Below, in pieces: positions 12,501 through 23,087 of a stretch of 64,000 bases of DNA. The DNA comes from a virus (lineage: Duplodnaviria > Heunggongvirae > Uroviricota > Caudoviricetes): the IMG/VR virus record IMGVR_UViG_3300025327_000015; one strand, 5' to 3'. The notes below the pieces were generated by a model, which searched no databases, had not been told where the DNA came from, and worked only from the letters and a program-made list of their open reading frames with translations. Each line of letters begins with the position of its first letter. Position 1 is the first letter of the stretch. Both the position numbers and the translations under genes were made by a program.

Positions 12501-13474
12501 AGTTTTCTCTCACTTGCTGCTTGTGCTTGATTGGCCGCTATTTGCAACTCTTGAGTAGCTAGAGTTTTTACAGCCTGACGTGCTGCAGCAGCTTGCAATG
12601 TAAGACTTGCTTCCAATGCCTGTAGTTCAGTTGCTATAGCGGTAGCATTTGCCGTTGTCGCTGTAGCCAGAGCTTCTTTAACAACTACAGCGACACGTTC
12701 AATTCGTATTGCCGCAGCTCTCGCTTCAACAGAAGTCGCAACTCCACGAACTTCCTGTTGAAGCGCCGCAGTTACTGTTTTCTGAACATCAACTAGAGCA
12801 ATTCTTGCACTAATCTGAGTCTTCAAAGCCTGAATATCCTCAGACTTCGCAGTAGCACCTGCCAGCAGCTGCTGATTTTCTCTACTACGCTCAACAGCAA
12901 GAAGAGCAGTAGCTTCTCTTACTGAATTTCTAGCCGCTACGCTTGCTTGATCTAGAAAAAGTTCTTGCTGCTCAACCGAAAGTCCTTCACGTCGAGCTTG
13001 AAGTAGAGATTCTTCTGCAAGTTTAAGTCGGTTATTGATCTGTACTCGTGCTTGCTCTTGAGTAAGCGCTGCTTTATCAGCACCACTCTTTTCTTTTGTG
13101 GATCGACTGGCTGCCTGGGTAGCATCTACGATATTTCCTAGCTCATTGACGACAAGACCGACTTGGCGCTGTGCAATAGCGGCTCCTGCCACATCGACCG
13201 GGACCGCAACTTTGATACCTCTCTTTGCAGTTTCAATTTTGGCAAGAAGGAGTTCTCGAAATCCCTTTGTGTCAGGGATGACAGGAACTTCAATAGGTTG
13301 AATACTTGTCTCTGCTTTAACTATTTGGCGGAAACGATCGAGACCAGCAGGACGAATAGGAATTGGAATCGGATCAATACCAATTGCAGCCTTAACTTGT
13401 TTCTGTAGTTCAGTCTTAAAACCCCGAACTTGTGGTTTAATCTGAACAAAAGCAGTAGCAAGAAATTCAGGCAT
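9512..13474 (-). CDS. tail tape measure protein
   Basis: 1320 aa, Ala/Leu/Gln-rich coiled-coil, follows G/GT chaperone pair. Confidence 0.8.
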   Translation of the reverse strand: MPEFLATAFVQIKPQVRGFKTELQKQVKAAIGIDPIPIPIRPAGLDRFRQIVKAETSIQPIEVPVIPDTKGFRELLLAKIETAKRGIKVAVPVDVAGAAIAQRQVGLVVNELGNIVDATQAASRSTKEKSGADKAALTQEQARVQINNRLKLAEESLLQARREGLSVEQQELFLDQASVAARNSVREATALLAVERSRENQQLLAGATAKSEDIQALKTQISARIALVDVQKTVTAALQQEVRGVATSVEARAAAIRIERVAVVVKEALATATTANATAIATELQALEASLTLQAAAARQAVKTLATQELQIAANQAQAASERKLSAERAKRVTQERTIARGAGATGLSLLGVRGATLAASAAFLAGAAAVAIFVKAVGAAANLERELNVFRVTAGATADEMKRVGAEARSLGADITLPAVSAGDAASAMGELAKAGLDVQDSIEGARGVLQLATAAEIDNAQATELVGTALNVFNLRGEEATHVADLLANASIAAQGSISDMGAALQQSAAAARQVGFTLEDTVTFITLLAQNGLRGSDAGTSLRTALIRLINPSDEAQEKLKQLGINLRDVNGAIRTDVFIQLQEAMRDLSPAARDAALAIIFGQDAFRSASIFVREGTQGFAEAREEIDRFGTAAELAGARTEGFSGKVEGLKNSLTTLGESLGSVVLPLLEGLIDDLNLLVQGINFVVQSGKETATATAGFFSDLASGVKEASDATDRLIISLLGVDTPEIEVSDIVDLARNIGIVGERSTDTAKKVSALKDDLKAAEDEARRFRIAFGRPPPPELLQRIADLRTELAALGKLDLGAVAGDLRLTASGLTSLADAATRAQQPIQGVVFDLGEFADAATRARVAIENAAAAPGPARGLLPEGIERRVTALEAQQTRARIREDTEALLESLRKEQEFLEQQLRRGIVQRRPGLKRTLESTLLGVQNEIQSILDETSSERERRAREIERKRKEADQKILDAIGIRQRRLENAILIAEGTAGLRDDIKAQEALRDLFKKSIEEVRKTVKDAQTKAEAITSLTRELIQAQQELDHLQQELQEQLQTRFELRLDIAREVGSLALIRRLMSERVKQLRAALGDARTGSNLALQLRLEIIRTQQELRDLIHESIELDIEFAATTENRQAEIRARERLIRQLQAEQRTVKKGTLEWKRLRNAIAEQRQAIKELRGEAQRLFQEMAFEFLTTQQGFAANLLGNLLPGGLASSGLVGGVTAPTKIGATAVTPPSIGRLPAGVTRGDLGKTPTGRLADRAAAIAAGERGGTPAQFSTIIHLLSQMVRLLAHIEGRSKHPEARRRAVVNSAAMDLPHGV

Positions 13475-14088
13475 TTAACGGATACCTGCTAATTGCTTTT
13501 CAAGCTGTGCGAGTGCTAGATCATTCTGAGAAATAACTCCTCGCTGCGAGCGTGCCGTGTCTGGTTCCTCACTACCGCCAGCGGTAAAACCCGCTTGCCA
13601 CGACTTCGTCTGTTCGATTGTGTCTTCTAGGCTCATACCCAGACGCTGGAACTCTTGAAAGATCAACACATAAGCAGCATCCAGAAAATGGCCGAGTTTC
13701 ATAGCATCCGGATTCCCTCCGGCCAGAATCACGCGGCCTTCAATGAGACTGCGGTTTTCCCACGCCCACCGCCCGAGGGCGAGGGCGGATTCGTAGGGCG
13801 GGCAGTCTGGATCTCCACCATCCAACGAAGCAATTCATTGAACTTCACAAGTGGGATTGCATTGTCTTCACGTTCACGTAGCTTCGCCCATCGCTCACGT
13901 TCCTCATCGGAAGCAAGAAATGACTTAATGCGCTCATCTTGACGTTTGAGTACCTCCTGCGATTTCTCTTCCAGAGGTTCTTCATCCCAGGCTGCAAGAA
14001 CCTCCGGACGCACCCAGCGCATCTGGAAAGATTCACCTCCAATAGTGAAACCTAGATCTTGATCTAGGTCTGAATCGAAATTCTTCAT
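13475..14088 (-). CDS. tail assembly chaperone GT (via -1 frameshift)
   Basis: ORF 13475..13825 is in -1 frame relative to G, open only after a TGA just upstream of the overlap, ends exactly at TMP start; GGGAAAAC stretch (plus 13753..13761) in overlap. Confidence 0.45.
13729..14088 (-). CDS. tail assembly chaperone G
   Basis: 119 aa, RBS aaggagg upstream, overlaps -1 frame ORF that ends at TMP start. Confidence 0.55.
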   Translation of the reverse strand: MKNFDSDLDQDLGFTIGGESFQMRWVRPEVLAAWDEEPLEEKSQEVLKRQDERIKSFLASDEERERWAKLREREDNAIPLVKFNELLRWMVEIQTARPTNPPSPSGGGRGKTAVSLKAA

Positions 14089-14106
14089 TACTCCTCCTTA
14101 CCGAAT

Positions 14107-14823
14107 ATGAGAATTGTTTCTCCCAGAAGGAGGTTCGTCTGCACTAGCTCTCTGCCGAGTGTTACAGTATTGTGGAAGGTGTATCTTCCAGTCGTCTACG
14201 GAGTCATACTCGGTGGGGAGGAACGCTATGGCGGGCTGGACGAGAACGGAAACTTCTTTGAAATGGAAGATCCACAAAGCGCCCTCGAACGCGAACTTCA
14301 GCCATTAAGAGAGGATCTTGCGCTTGAGATGCCTTGTTCGGCTGAGATTCTCGACATTCATGGAAGCCATATCGCGACTGCCGAGATTAATGTCGTGCAA
14401 AATCATGCCGCCTGCGTTGCTATACGAGCCTGTGAGGGCCTGGAACTGAATGGACAAGTACTTCGCCAGGTTCCTATCTCTCGTCTCGTGAGAGAGGCAG
14501 CCAGAGGCAAGATCGTGCATCTCCGCGATGGTTTTGGAGTGCGCTTTGTATACGGTCTCTCGGAGACCGAAAAAATCGACGTTCCTACCAAATCACGTCG
14601 ATGGATGCTGGATGAGAAATTCCTATCTCAGGTAGCTCAGGTCTACAGAACAGCTATAGCTTCTGATTTACCGCCAGCGGTAGCCGTCCAAGAGCGGTTT
14701 GGACCTACAACACCTGAGAATGCGCGACGTTGGATCATGATCGCACGACGAGAAGGGTTTCTCGGAAAGAGTCTCGGAATTGGGAAGAAGGGGGAGGCTC
14801 AGGAGCCTGGCAATTCCTCATAG
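14107..14823 (+). CDS. hypothetical protein encoded opposite to the tail module
   Basis: 238 aa ATG ORF on plus strand between two minus-strand structural genes; no recognisable motif. Confidence 0.3.
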   Translation: MRIVSPRRRFVCTSSLPSVTVLWKVYLPVVYGVILGGEERYGGLDENGNFFEMEDPQSALERELQPLREDLALEMPCSAEILDIHGSHIATAEINVVQNHAACVAIRACEGLELNGQVLRQVPISRLVREAARGKIVHLRDGFGVRFVYGLSETEKIDVPTKSRRWMLDEKFLSQVAQVYRTAIASDLPPAVAVQERFGPTTPENARRWIMIARREGFLGKSLGIGKKGEAQEPGNSS

Positions 14824-15347
14824 CCCTCAAGTGCCACTCGCAGAGTAAGGGTCCATCCACCGCAGCCACCAGAAGGAACAACAGCTACAAGGCCATCCCA
14901 GAATACTTCATCACAGAGTGCAAAGAGTTCTTGGTTGCGAATCATGTTGAAGATGTGATTCCAGAGCGCCCAGCCATCGGCATGGATCTGTGCGGCTGCC
15001 GTCTCCATATCCACAATCTCAGGGAGATCATCAATAGAAGTAACTCCGGCAACAGGGATACAGCGCTTAATAGTCGCAATAAGCGTTACAAGATTGATTC
15101 GACCAAAAGTTGCACGCCGCCCGATAGCTAATCCTCCTGGAGAGGTATCACTTTCAGTGACGGGGGTGGCATGAACTGTAAGTTGATCGCAACAATCATC
15201 AACTGGAAATCCTGGCGATACGAAGGATCGCTCCGGAGCACCCCCGAGCCCCGGAGCGAAGGTAGGAATCGTGTCGAGTGATTCCACACAAGCTGAGAGG
15301 AACTCGTGCGCCAGATTGTCGAGATCTTCGGGACCGACACCGGCCAT
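14799..15347 (-). CDS. structural protein (head-tail/tail)
   Basis: 182 aa in structural gene string. Confidence 0.3.
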   Translation of the reverse strand: MAGVGPEDLDNLAHEFLSACVESLDTIPTFAPGLGGAPERSFVSPGFPVDDCCDQLTVHATPVTESDTSPGGLAIGRRATFGRINLVTLIATIKRCIPVAGVTSIDDLPEIVDMETAAAQIHADGWALWNHIFNMIRNQELFALCDEVFWDGLVAVVPSGGCGGWTLTLRVALEGYEELPGS

Positions 15348-15745
15348 TACTGAAGACCCTGAAAGACTTCTCGCAGCGCAGAGGTGAGCCAGGGACGCTG
15401 TCCACCGCCACGAGACATTCCAGCTCCTGCGATGTCATGGAAGGCTGGATAGGCGAAACGTTCATTTGTGGCGGTCGTTCCGACTTCGACATACGGCTCA
15501 TCTCCTCGGAAAACAGGTGAAGTACGGAGGTGATCAAGAAGTCTGTGCGTCTTGATTCCGATGATCTGCCCAGAAGCATTTACACGCGCTTGTGTTTCAA
15601 CTCGTTCTCCAAGTCGCAGGACATACTTCATGACAGGCCCACCTGCGCCTCGCAGGAAGCGGTTTACCTCAGCTTCATGGATTACGAGCTGACTGGCCAC
15701 AATCCCACAGGACGCGCATAACGCATACGAGAAAGTGGGGACCAA
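15347..15745 (-). CDS. structural protein
   Basis: 132 aa, start overlaps stop of upstream gene. Confidence 0.3.
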   Translation of the reverse strand: MVPTFSYALCASCGIVASQLVIHEAEVNRFLRGAGGPVMKYVLRLGERVETQARVNASGQIIGIKTHRLLDHLRTSPVFRGDEPYVEVGTTATNERFAYPAFHDIAGAGMSRGGGQRPWLTSALREVFQGLQ

Positions 15746-16827
15746 ACAGCTGGTCTACGACTTACCCCATTTCGAGCGTAAGTTCCCAAAAAGGCATCGA
15801 CAAGCGGCAGTCCTGTGCGCCAGGTGCGATCTCGAAACGCCCATGAGGCGAAGGCATTTCTCTCAATCGTGATTCCCTGGCGAACAATACGAGTAACCCC
15901 GGAAGGCAGAATGCAGTCTGCACCAGTTGTGGCACAGGCTTTATAGATCTCACAGGCAAGCTGCTTAGCTGCTTCCTGGCCAATAAGTGGTGGATTTTGT
16001 CCATAGGTATACGTAACAGAGAACGTTCCTATTTCGTTCTCATCAAGATCAAGTGCTTGACAGTTAGGCCAGAGAAGAACGGTGTCAGAATCAAGTGGAT
16101 CACGGACCCTCGTCAACCATCTTCGTTCATCCAACCGATAAGTACTAGGATCAATGACCAGACCGTCGATCTTAACCTCGGTTATGTCTCGTACTGGATA
16201 TCCAGAAAGAAGAACACGAGAGAGAGGTTGACAGCCGCAGGCACGAATATCTCCGTTATCCCACCATGAACCATTCCAATTAAAACCATCAATGATGTGA
16301 CCACGTGAAAGTGTCTGGAAACCGCACCAACTTATTCCACAAGGACGAACAGTCTTGGAGCAAAGACCAGAAAAGAGACGACCAGAAAGCTCGTAAAGAA
16401 GTTGACTAGCAGTATCTACTGAGGAATCAAGAAGAGAAAATTCTGACCCTACATCTACTGAGCAGCAAAACGCAACATCCTCTGCAGTTGTCCAGGTAGT
16501 ACATGGACCAAGAGCAAGGCCACTTCCAACAGAAATCGGCGGGAATCCTCCCGATACCACAATGAGTTCATCAATCCCGATTCCTCCTGCCGGAGTGAAA
16601 GATCCATCAAGTGACCATTCAATCGAATACTGCCCTAGTGTTGCTGGTGCTGCTGGAGCGTTCCAGATATAGACACCGCTTGCCCCATCCTCGGCGATAT
16701 TCGTACCAGTGGGACCAATGACGGTCGCCCCGTCATTGTCGATGACCTTTACTTGAACAGTTCCGATTTGCCCTGAGACGCCAGAGTCAAAAACAGCCTC
16801 AAACGGTTCGGAAGGACCAACGTACAT
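15682..16827 (-). CDS. structural protein (possible major tail protein)
   Basis: 381 aa Gly/Ser/Thr-rich, position upstream of chaperones. Confidence 0.35.
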   Translation of the reverse strand: MYVGPSEPFEAVFDSGVSGQIGTVQVKVIDNDGATVIGPTGTNIAEDGASGVYIWNAPAAPATLGQYSIEWSLDGSFTPAGGIGIDELIVVSGGFPPISVGSGLALGPCTTWTTAEDVAFCCSVDVGSEFSLLDSSVDTASQLLYELSGRLFSGLCSKTVRPCGISWCGFQTLSRGHIIDGFNWNGSWWDNGDIRACGCQPLSRVLLSGYPVRDITEVKIDGLVIDPSTYRLDERRWLTRVRDPLDSDTVLLWPNCQALDLDENEIGTFSVTYTYGQNPPLIGQEAAKQLACEIYKACATTGADCILPSGVTRIVRQGITIERNAFASWAFRDRTWRTGLPLVDAFLGTYARNGVSRRPAVWSPLSRMRYARPVGLWPVSS

Positions 16828-16860
16828 ACTAAAGATTGTGCCAACAGTGTTGGACGCTTC

Positions 16861-18162
16861 TCATGTGACGTGCTGGAGGATCTGCTGTTGGAAAGCCGCC
16901 GCCGCCGCCTCGCCGATTGCGAGCCAGTTGTACTCTCGCGCGATCGCGTCCGTGTCGTTCCAGGTGAGGCGGAAGTTCGACCCGGAGAAGGAGCCGTCCG
17001 CCTCCGAGGCGAGCGAAGGTGGTCCGCCCGGCGTGTAAAACGCGATCGTCTTCGTCTGCTTGAAGAAACGCCCGGTGACAGCGTTCGTGTTGCCGTCGTC
17101 CTGCGAGCGCCCGGCCATCCCCTCGTTCGTGCCGTCCGTACCGCCGATCATGAAGGCACCCAGGTCTGCGTGGTCGATATTTACGAGCGTCGTGGTCGTA
17201 AGGTTGTTGCCCCATACGAGCGCGCCCTTCGGCGTCCCGCCCGTGGCGTTGTCCTGTGTCTGCGGGGGCGAGGCGGTCGGTGCCGTGTTCGAGCCAATGT
17301 CGAGCGTCGCGCCGGAGCCGAGCCGGATGACGAGGTATTTCACCAGGATCGCCGACGGCGCCTGGTCGGAGTAGGAGAGGCGGAAGTTGTCGGTGGGAGC
17401 GCCGCTCGTGACGTCCGCCTCGGCATTGACTGACGTCACTGCCACCGCGACTAGGCCGTGGGCTATTTGGTAGCTAGAGCAGGACATCAAGGGCGCGTTG
17501 TCTGCGTCCACGAACACGGTCGAGCGCGGCGAGGAGCCGTCGCCCTTGCACGCGCCCAGGGAGATGTTCGCGTCGTTGCGGAGATAGGCGCTGGAGAAGC
17601 CGTGATTCAGGAACAGGATCAGGTCGTTCGCGTCCGGCGTGCCGAATCCGGAGGGGAGCGGCACGTCCTGGGTCGCGACCGCTATCCCCATCGCGAAGCT
17701 CCCCACCACGGCGTCATCCACGTCCGAGCCGCCGATGATCCAGTAGTGAACGAGGATCTGCGAGGCGGGGGCGTCCGTCCAGTCGAGGACGAAGGTGGAG
17801 GGCGTGCCGGAGTTCAGGGAGACGAGATCGACGGAGTAGTCGCGCGCCGTCGCCTCCGTGCCCTCGACCGTCAGCCCCTCCAGGACGGCGTCGGTGTCGA
17901 GCGAGACGTCGGTGGAGGCCGCCGTGCCCCCGTCCACGGAGACGCAAGCGTGAAACGCCTGCTGCACGACCGAGCCCCGATAAGTGCCGAAGCCGAGCGA
18001 GAAGATCGCGTTCCCGTCCGTGTCGGCGTCGGCCGTCTCGTAGGTCGCCCACAGGAGGAGCGCCCGGGGAAGGATGCCGTTGAAGGCGGAGCCGAGGTTA
18101 TAGGTCTGCTGGCCGGTCGCGGCGGGAGCGGTGATCGTCCCCTTCTCGACGACGATGCCCAC
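16861..18162 (-). CDS. fibre-like structural protein (paralog of 3631..4932)
   Basis: 433 aa; shares NWLAIGEA C-terminal motif with 3631..4932. Confidence 0.4.
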   Translation of the reverse strand: MGIVVEKGTITAPAATGQQTYNLGSAFNGILPRALLLWATYETADADTDGNAIFSLGFGTYRGSVVQQAFHACVSVDGGTAASTDVSLDTDAVLEGLTVEGTEATARDYSVDLVSLNSGTPSTFVLDWTDAPASQILVHYWIIGGSDVDDAVVGSFAMGIAVATQDVPLPSGFGTPDANDLILFLNHGFSSAYLRNDANISLGACKGDGSSPRSTVFVDADNAPLMSCSSYQIAHGLVAVAVTSVNAEADVTSGAPTDNFRLSYSDQAPSAILVKYLVIRLGSGATLDIGSNTAPTASPPQTQDNATGGTPKGALVWGNNLTTTTLVNIDHADLGAFMIGGTDGTNEGMAGRSQDDGNTNAVTGRFFKQTKTIAFYTPGGPPSLASEADGSFSGSNFRLTWNDTDAIAREYNWLAIGEAAAAAFQQQILQHVT

Positions 18163-18167
18163 GGGCG

Positions 18168-19280
18168 TTACCTCGGCGCTACGTCACGCCAGGATTGGGT
18201 GGCCGAGTTCCAGCGCTGCCCGATCACATTTACGAAGGTCGCTGGGCCGATGATGGGATCGCTTCCGTTGTAGCCTGCACAGCGAGGGTCGGAACCATCT
18301 ACTCGGCCAGTACGGAAGCCCGTGTCCTCGACGCGGTTGGAGATCATCGAGTTGCCGAAGAAGCCGTGATTGCAGGTCACGTAACGGCCGCCATACACGT
18401 CCACATCGTAATTGTTCGAGTAGAAGATCGCGCCACCCGCGCCAATGCAGGTCGCAGTACCAGCATCCCAGTTGCCCGAAGTGCCGTTGACGATGTCCAG
18501 GCGGGCGATGAGCCAGGTAGGATGGAACTGCCACACATCCTGATGCGCGCCCGAGGCTCCGAGCGGCCCACAGTCGAAATTGCCGGTGATCTGGATGTCA
18601 GTCGGACCCGCAGTACGGAACTTGCCCGCGCCACCTGCCGCTCCGATCGTAAGTCCATCGGCGTTCGAGGCCACGATTACATCGATCGTATCTGAGTCTC
18701 CGTCGCCTTTGCAGCCAGAGAGGAAGTCGAGATGTCCCTGATCTCCGAAGTCTGGATTGCCAGTGAAGGTCCATATGAGCTTGAGCGGAAGCGGGCCGTA
18801 GTTGGAGAGCGGCTGCGAGCAGCGGAACTGCTGATTCTCGAACGTGAGCAGCGTCCTATAGCCACAATCCGTTCCGGCGAGTGACCATTCAGAACGGTTA
18901 GAGACTCGACAGTCGAAACCGCCTGGCGGAGGCGGTGGCGGGTCAGTCTCGTCGTCGTCAAGCGCATCCGTACAACCAAGATCAGCAGGCCAGTCGATGA
19001 GAGTGTCACCGTCGTTATCGATCAGATCGGAACACTGGGGAAGCGGGGGTGGAGGTGGCGGTGGGGGCTGCGTCTCCGTGACGGTAATCGTCTCGGTGAC
19101 GGTGATGGTCTCGTGTGGTAGCTGATCCGTGTCTGTGATCGTGGCCGCGCCCGTGACGTCGCCCACGGTGAAGGGAATGACGTGCTCCTCGGTAGTGATG
19201 GTGTGCGTGGCGAGCGCGGCTCCACCGAGACCAAGAACGAAGATTGCAGCAAATACTGCTACGAAGGCGAGTTTTTTCAT
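18168..19280 (-). CDS. secreted protein with signal peptide, Pro-rich linkers and DxDxDG calcium-binding-like motif
   Basis: MKKLAFVAVFAAIFVLGLGGAALA signal peptide; TETITVTETITVTET repeats; PPPPPPPP; LIDNDGDTLID. Confidence 0.45.
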   Translation of the reverse strand: MKKLAFVAVFAAIFVLGLGGAALATHTITTEEHVIPFTVGDVTGAATITDTDQLPHETITVTETITVTETQPPPPPPPPLPQCSDLIDNDGDTLIDWPADLGCTDALDDDETDPPPPPPGGFDCRVSNRSEWSLAGTDCGYRTLLTFENQQFRCSQPLSNYGPLPLKLIWTFTGNPDFGDQGHLDFLSGCKGDGDSDTIDVIVASNADGLTIGAAGGAGKFRTAGPTDIQITGNFDCGPLGASGAHQDVWQFHPTWLIARLDIVNGTSGNWDAGTATCIGAGGAIFYSNNYDVDVYGGRYVTCNHGFFGNSMISNRVEDTGFRTGRVDGSDPRCAGYNGSDPIIGPATFVNVIGQRWNSATQSWRDVAPR

Positions 19281-19291
19281 CTGACGACTCC

Positions 19292-21118
<1,827 letters not shown>

Positions 21119-21176
21119 TCACGAGGGGAGTGCCCGAGCTAGCTAAAGCACCCCCAGAGAAGGCGCTTACTATTCA

Positions 21177-21500
21177 TTAGACAAGTTGCTCTTCTGCGTC
21201 GATTGTCAGGACGAGGATGTTGTTCGTACCTGCAAGAGCCTGAACAATTTCCGCTGCCGCCAGCGTATATGGTCCCCAAAAATCCACATAGCTGTTGGCG
21301 GCAATCGAATAGGCATCGAAGATCCTCGTTGCCGCCGCATCCGCACCGATGGACATGGTGAATGTCACCGGAGACCCAGAAGGATTCTGGAGATGAATAT
21401 GACGAAGGATTCCTCGAATTCCAGTCCCGACGGTGTATTTGGTTGCCGCCGCATTCGAGACCTGGGCTGGCCCGTGAACTCGTCTTAGTGTTCCTGCCAT
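21177..21500 (-). CDS. hypothetical structural protein
   Basis: 107 aa ORF in structural string. Confidence 0.3.
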   Translation of the reverse strand: MAGTLRRVHGPAQVSNAAATKYTVGTGIRGILRHIHLQNPSGSPVTFTMSIGADAAATRIFDAYSIAANSYVDFWGPYTLAAAEIVQALAGTNNILVLTIDAEEQLV

Positions 21501-21518
21501 TTATCAATTCACCTCCTC

Positions 21519-22178
21519 TTAGCTCGACGGGGTCACGTCGGCGTAATCACAAGCAGCCGTAGGCGGTTCCACATCCGTCTTCCACCAGCCACCTTCGGAA
21601 ATATCCTGATCATCAGGCGGACCATCTCCATAAGGTCCCGATCCCCACATAGCATTGGTACGAGAAAATCCAGTCAGAGACGGCTGAGCGATGTCCTCTT
21701 CAAACGTATTGTCTGCAAGCTGCCAGACCGTCTTCGGAAACACCCAATGAATCCAGGGGAGTGGCCCATCCTGACCTGAACCAACGATATGCTTCGTCCA
21801 AAATTCAAGCGCGACAGAAGGCTCATCTTCATCACAAGCCAAAGCACTCAGAAACGCTTGACCGACAATATCCACTCCATCTTCAATCGTCGGTGCTCCG
21901 AGCATCAGAGCCCACATTGCTGGTTCGAGAGCACCAGAGTTGAATGTAAACTCAAACCAGTTGAAAATATCGTTCGCCTTGAAACGAGCAATTGAACAGC
22001 CACAGCCGTTTCGAAGCGAAAATGTATTCCCAGTCTCAATGTTTGGAGTAAGCGTGATCGAAATCGGCTTATCCGAGACATATGAGTTGTCTGGGGGATC
22101 AACCACAACTCCCGTAGCATCGACCTTGGTAACGCGCACGACACAAAGGCCGAAGCTGACTCCGCAGTTAACCGCCAT
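21519..22178 (-). CDS. hypothetical structural protein
   Basis: 219 aa. Confidence 0.3.
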   Translation of the reverse strand: MAVNCGVSFGLCVVRVTKVDATGVVVDPPDNSYVSDKPISITLTPNIETGNTFSLRNGCGCSIARFKANDIFNWFEFTFNSGALEPAMWALMLGAPTIEDGVDIVGQAFLSALACDEDEPSVALEFWTKHIVGSGQDGPLPWIHWVFPKTVWQLADNTFEEDIAQPSLTGFSRTNAMWGSGPYGDGPPDDQDISEGGWWKTDVEPPTAACDYADVTPSS

Positions 22179-22213
22179 CTAGAGCACCTCCTTAAGTGTC
22201 ATGGCGTCACTCA

Positions 22214-23050
22214 TTACGGCGTCCAATCGATCAGAACACCTACTTGCAAGGCGGTATCCCAAATTGCAAGTGCGTATTTCTCAGCCCGTACAACAACATC
22301 GTTAATGGACTGATCGAGATTTGACATAAGGTCGTCCCCGCCGAAATCAATCTCTGAAAGACGAACTTCGACAGGGCCGGTCGCAAAGACCCAAGACTGT
22401 CCAGCCGCTGGGCTAGCTTCAGAGACAGGATCAGCCCCGATGTAACCTCCCCCAGAAACAACGGGAGTTCCATTTGGAGTGCGAAGAACCTCTCCTGTTT
22501 CAAGTGCCTCAAACTCCCAGGCAGCTACGACAGAGGGCGTCGCATGAATCATCCCCATCCGCCCAGTCGCCCCAATAGCATCTTCGAGATAGCGAAGACC
22601 GATTTCCGGCGTTACTGCCGCACCACCAGCAAGAGCTACGAGATTCCCATCTCCAAAGAAGGGATTAGTAGAACCAATGACACCCTGGGAAAGAGCTTCT
22701 TCGATACCAAACGATTGCGTTGCATCAAGAACAACAGCCGCCCGATTACGAAATTCTTCCCATTCTCCGATTCCCATCGCCGTGCAGTTGATCGCTACGT
22801 AGACGGCGATTGGATCAAAACGAGGAGTCGGGAATCCCTCACCCTCACCTTTGACTCGAAACGTTCCAGTCGAGCAAGGCTCCCAGGTTGAAGGAACGTC
22901 TTCGGGATAGCCGTAAACATTCACTCCGTTCATCCACCGGTTCCCATCCTCAACAAGCACATCAGGAACGGAAAGCAGCGAATAAGGCGGAGCGACCGGG
23001 AGGGGACCGTTGATGTCAAGGGCAGGTCCTACTGCCGTTATTTCTGACAT
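22214..23050 (-). CDS. capsid-associated protein
   Basis: 278 aa directly downstream of capsid gene. Confidence 0.3.
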   Translation of the reverse strand: MSEITAVGPALDINGPLPVAPPYSLLSVPDVLVEDGNRWMNGVNVYGYPEDVPSTWEPCSTGTFRVKGEGEGFPTPRFDPIAVYVAINCTAMGIGEWEEFRNRAAVVLDATQSFGIEEALSQGVIGSTNPFFGDGNLVALAGGAAVTPEIGLRYLEDAIGATGRMGMIHATPSVVAAWEFEALETGEVLRTPNGTPVVSGGGYIGADPVSEASPAAGQSWVFATGPVEVRLSEIDFGGDDLMSNLDQSINDVVVRAEKYALAIWDTALQVGVLIDWTP

Positions 23051-23087
23051 CTCTGGTCTCCTCCTCGGTCTCTACTCCAGTCCGTTA

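Noticed and set aside
9575-13408. Numerous 60-110 aa plus-strand ORFs inside the tape-measure gene
   Set aside because: They are embedded antisense in a 4-kb continuous minus-strand ORF with coherent coiled-coil composition. There are no RBS signals.
16870-18273. Plus-strand ORFs 16870..17433, 17458..18273 and minus 17714..18052 with Arg/Gly/Val-rich products
   Set aside because: They lie antisense to or overlap the 433-aa fibre gene in a high-GC stretch. Composition is typical of spurious high-GC frames.
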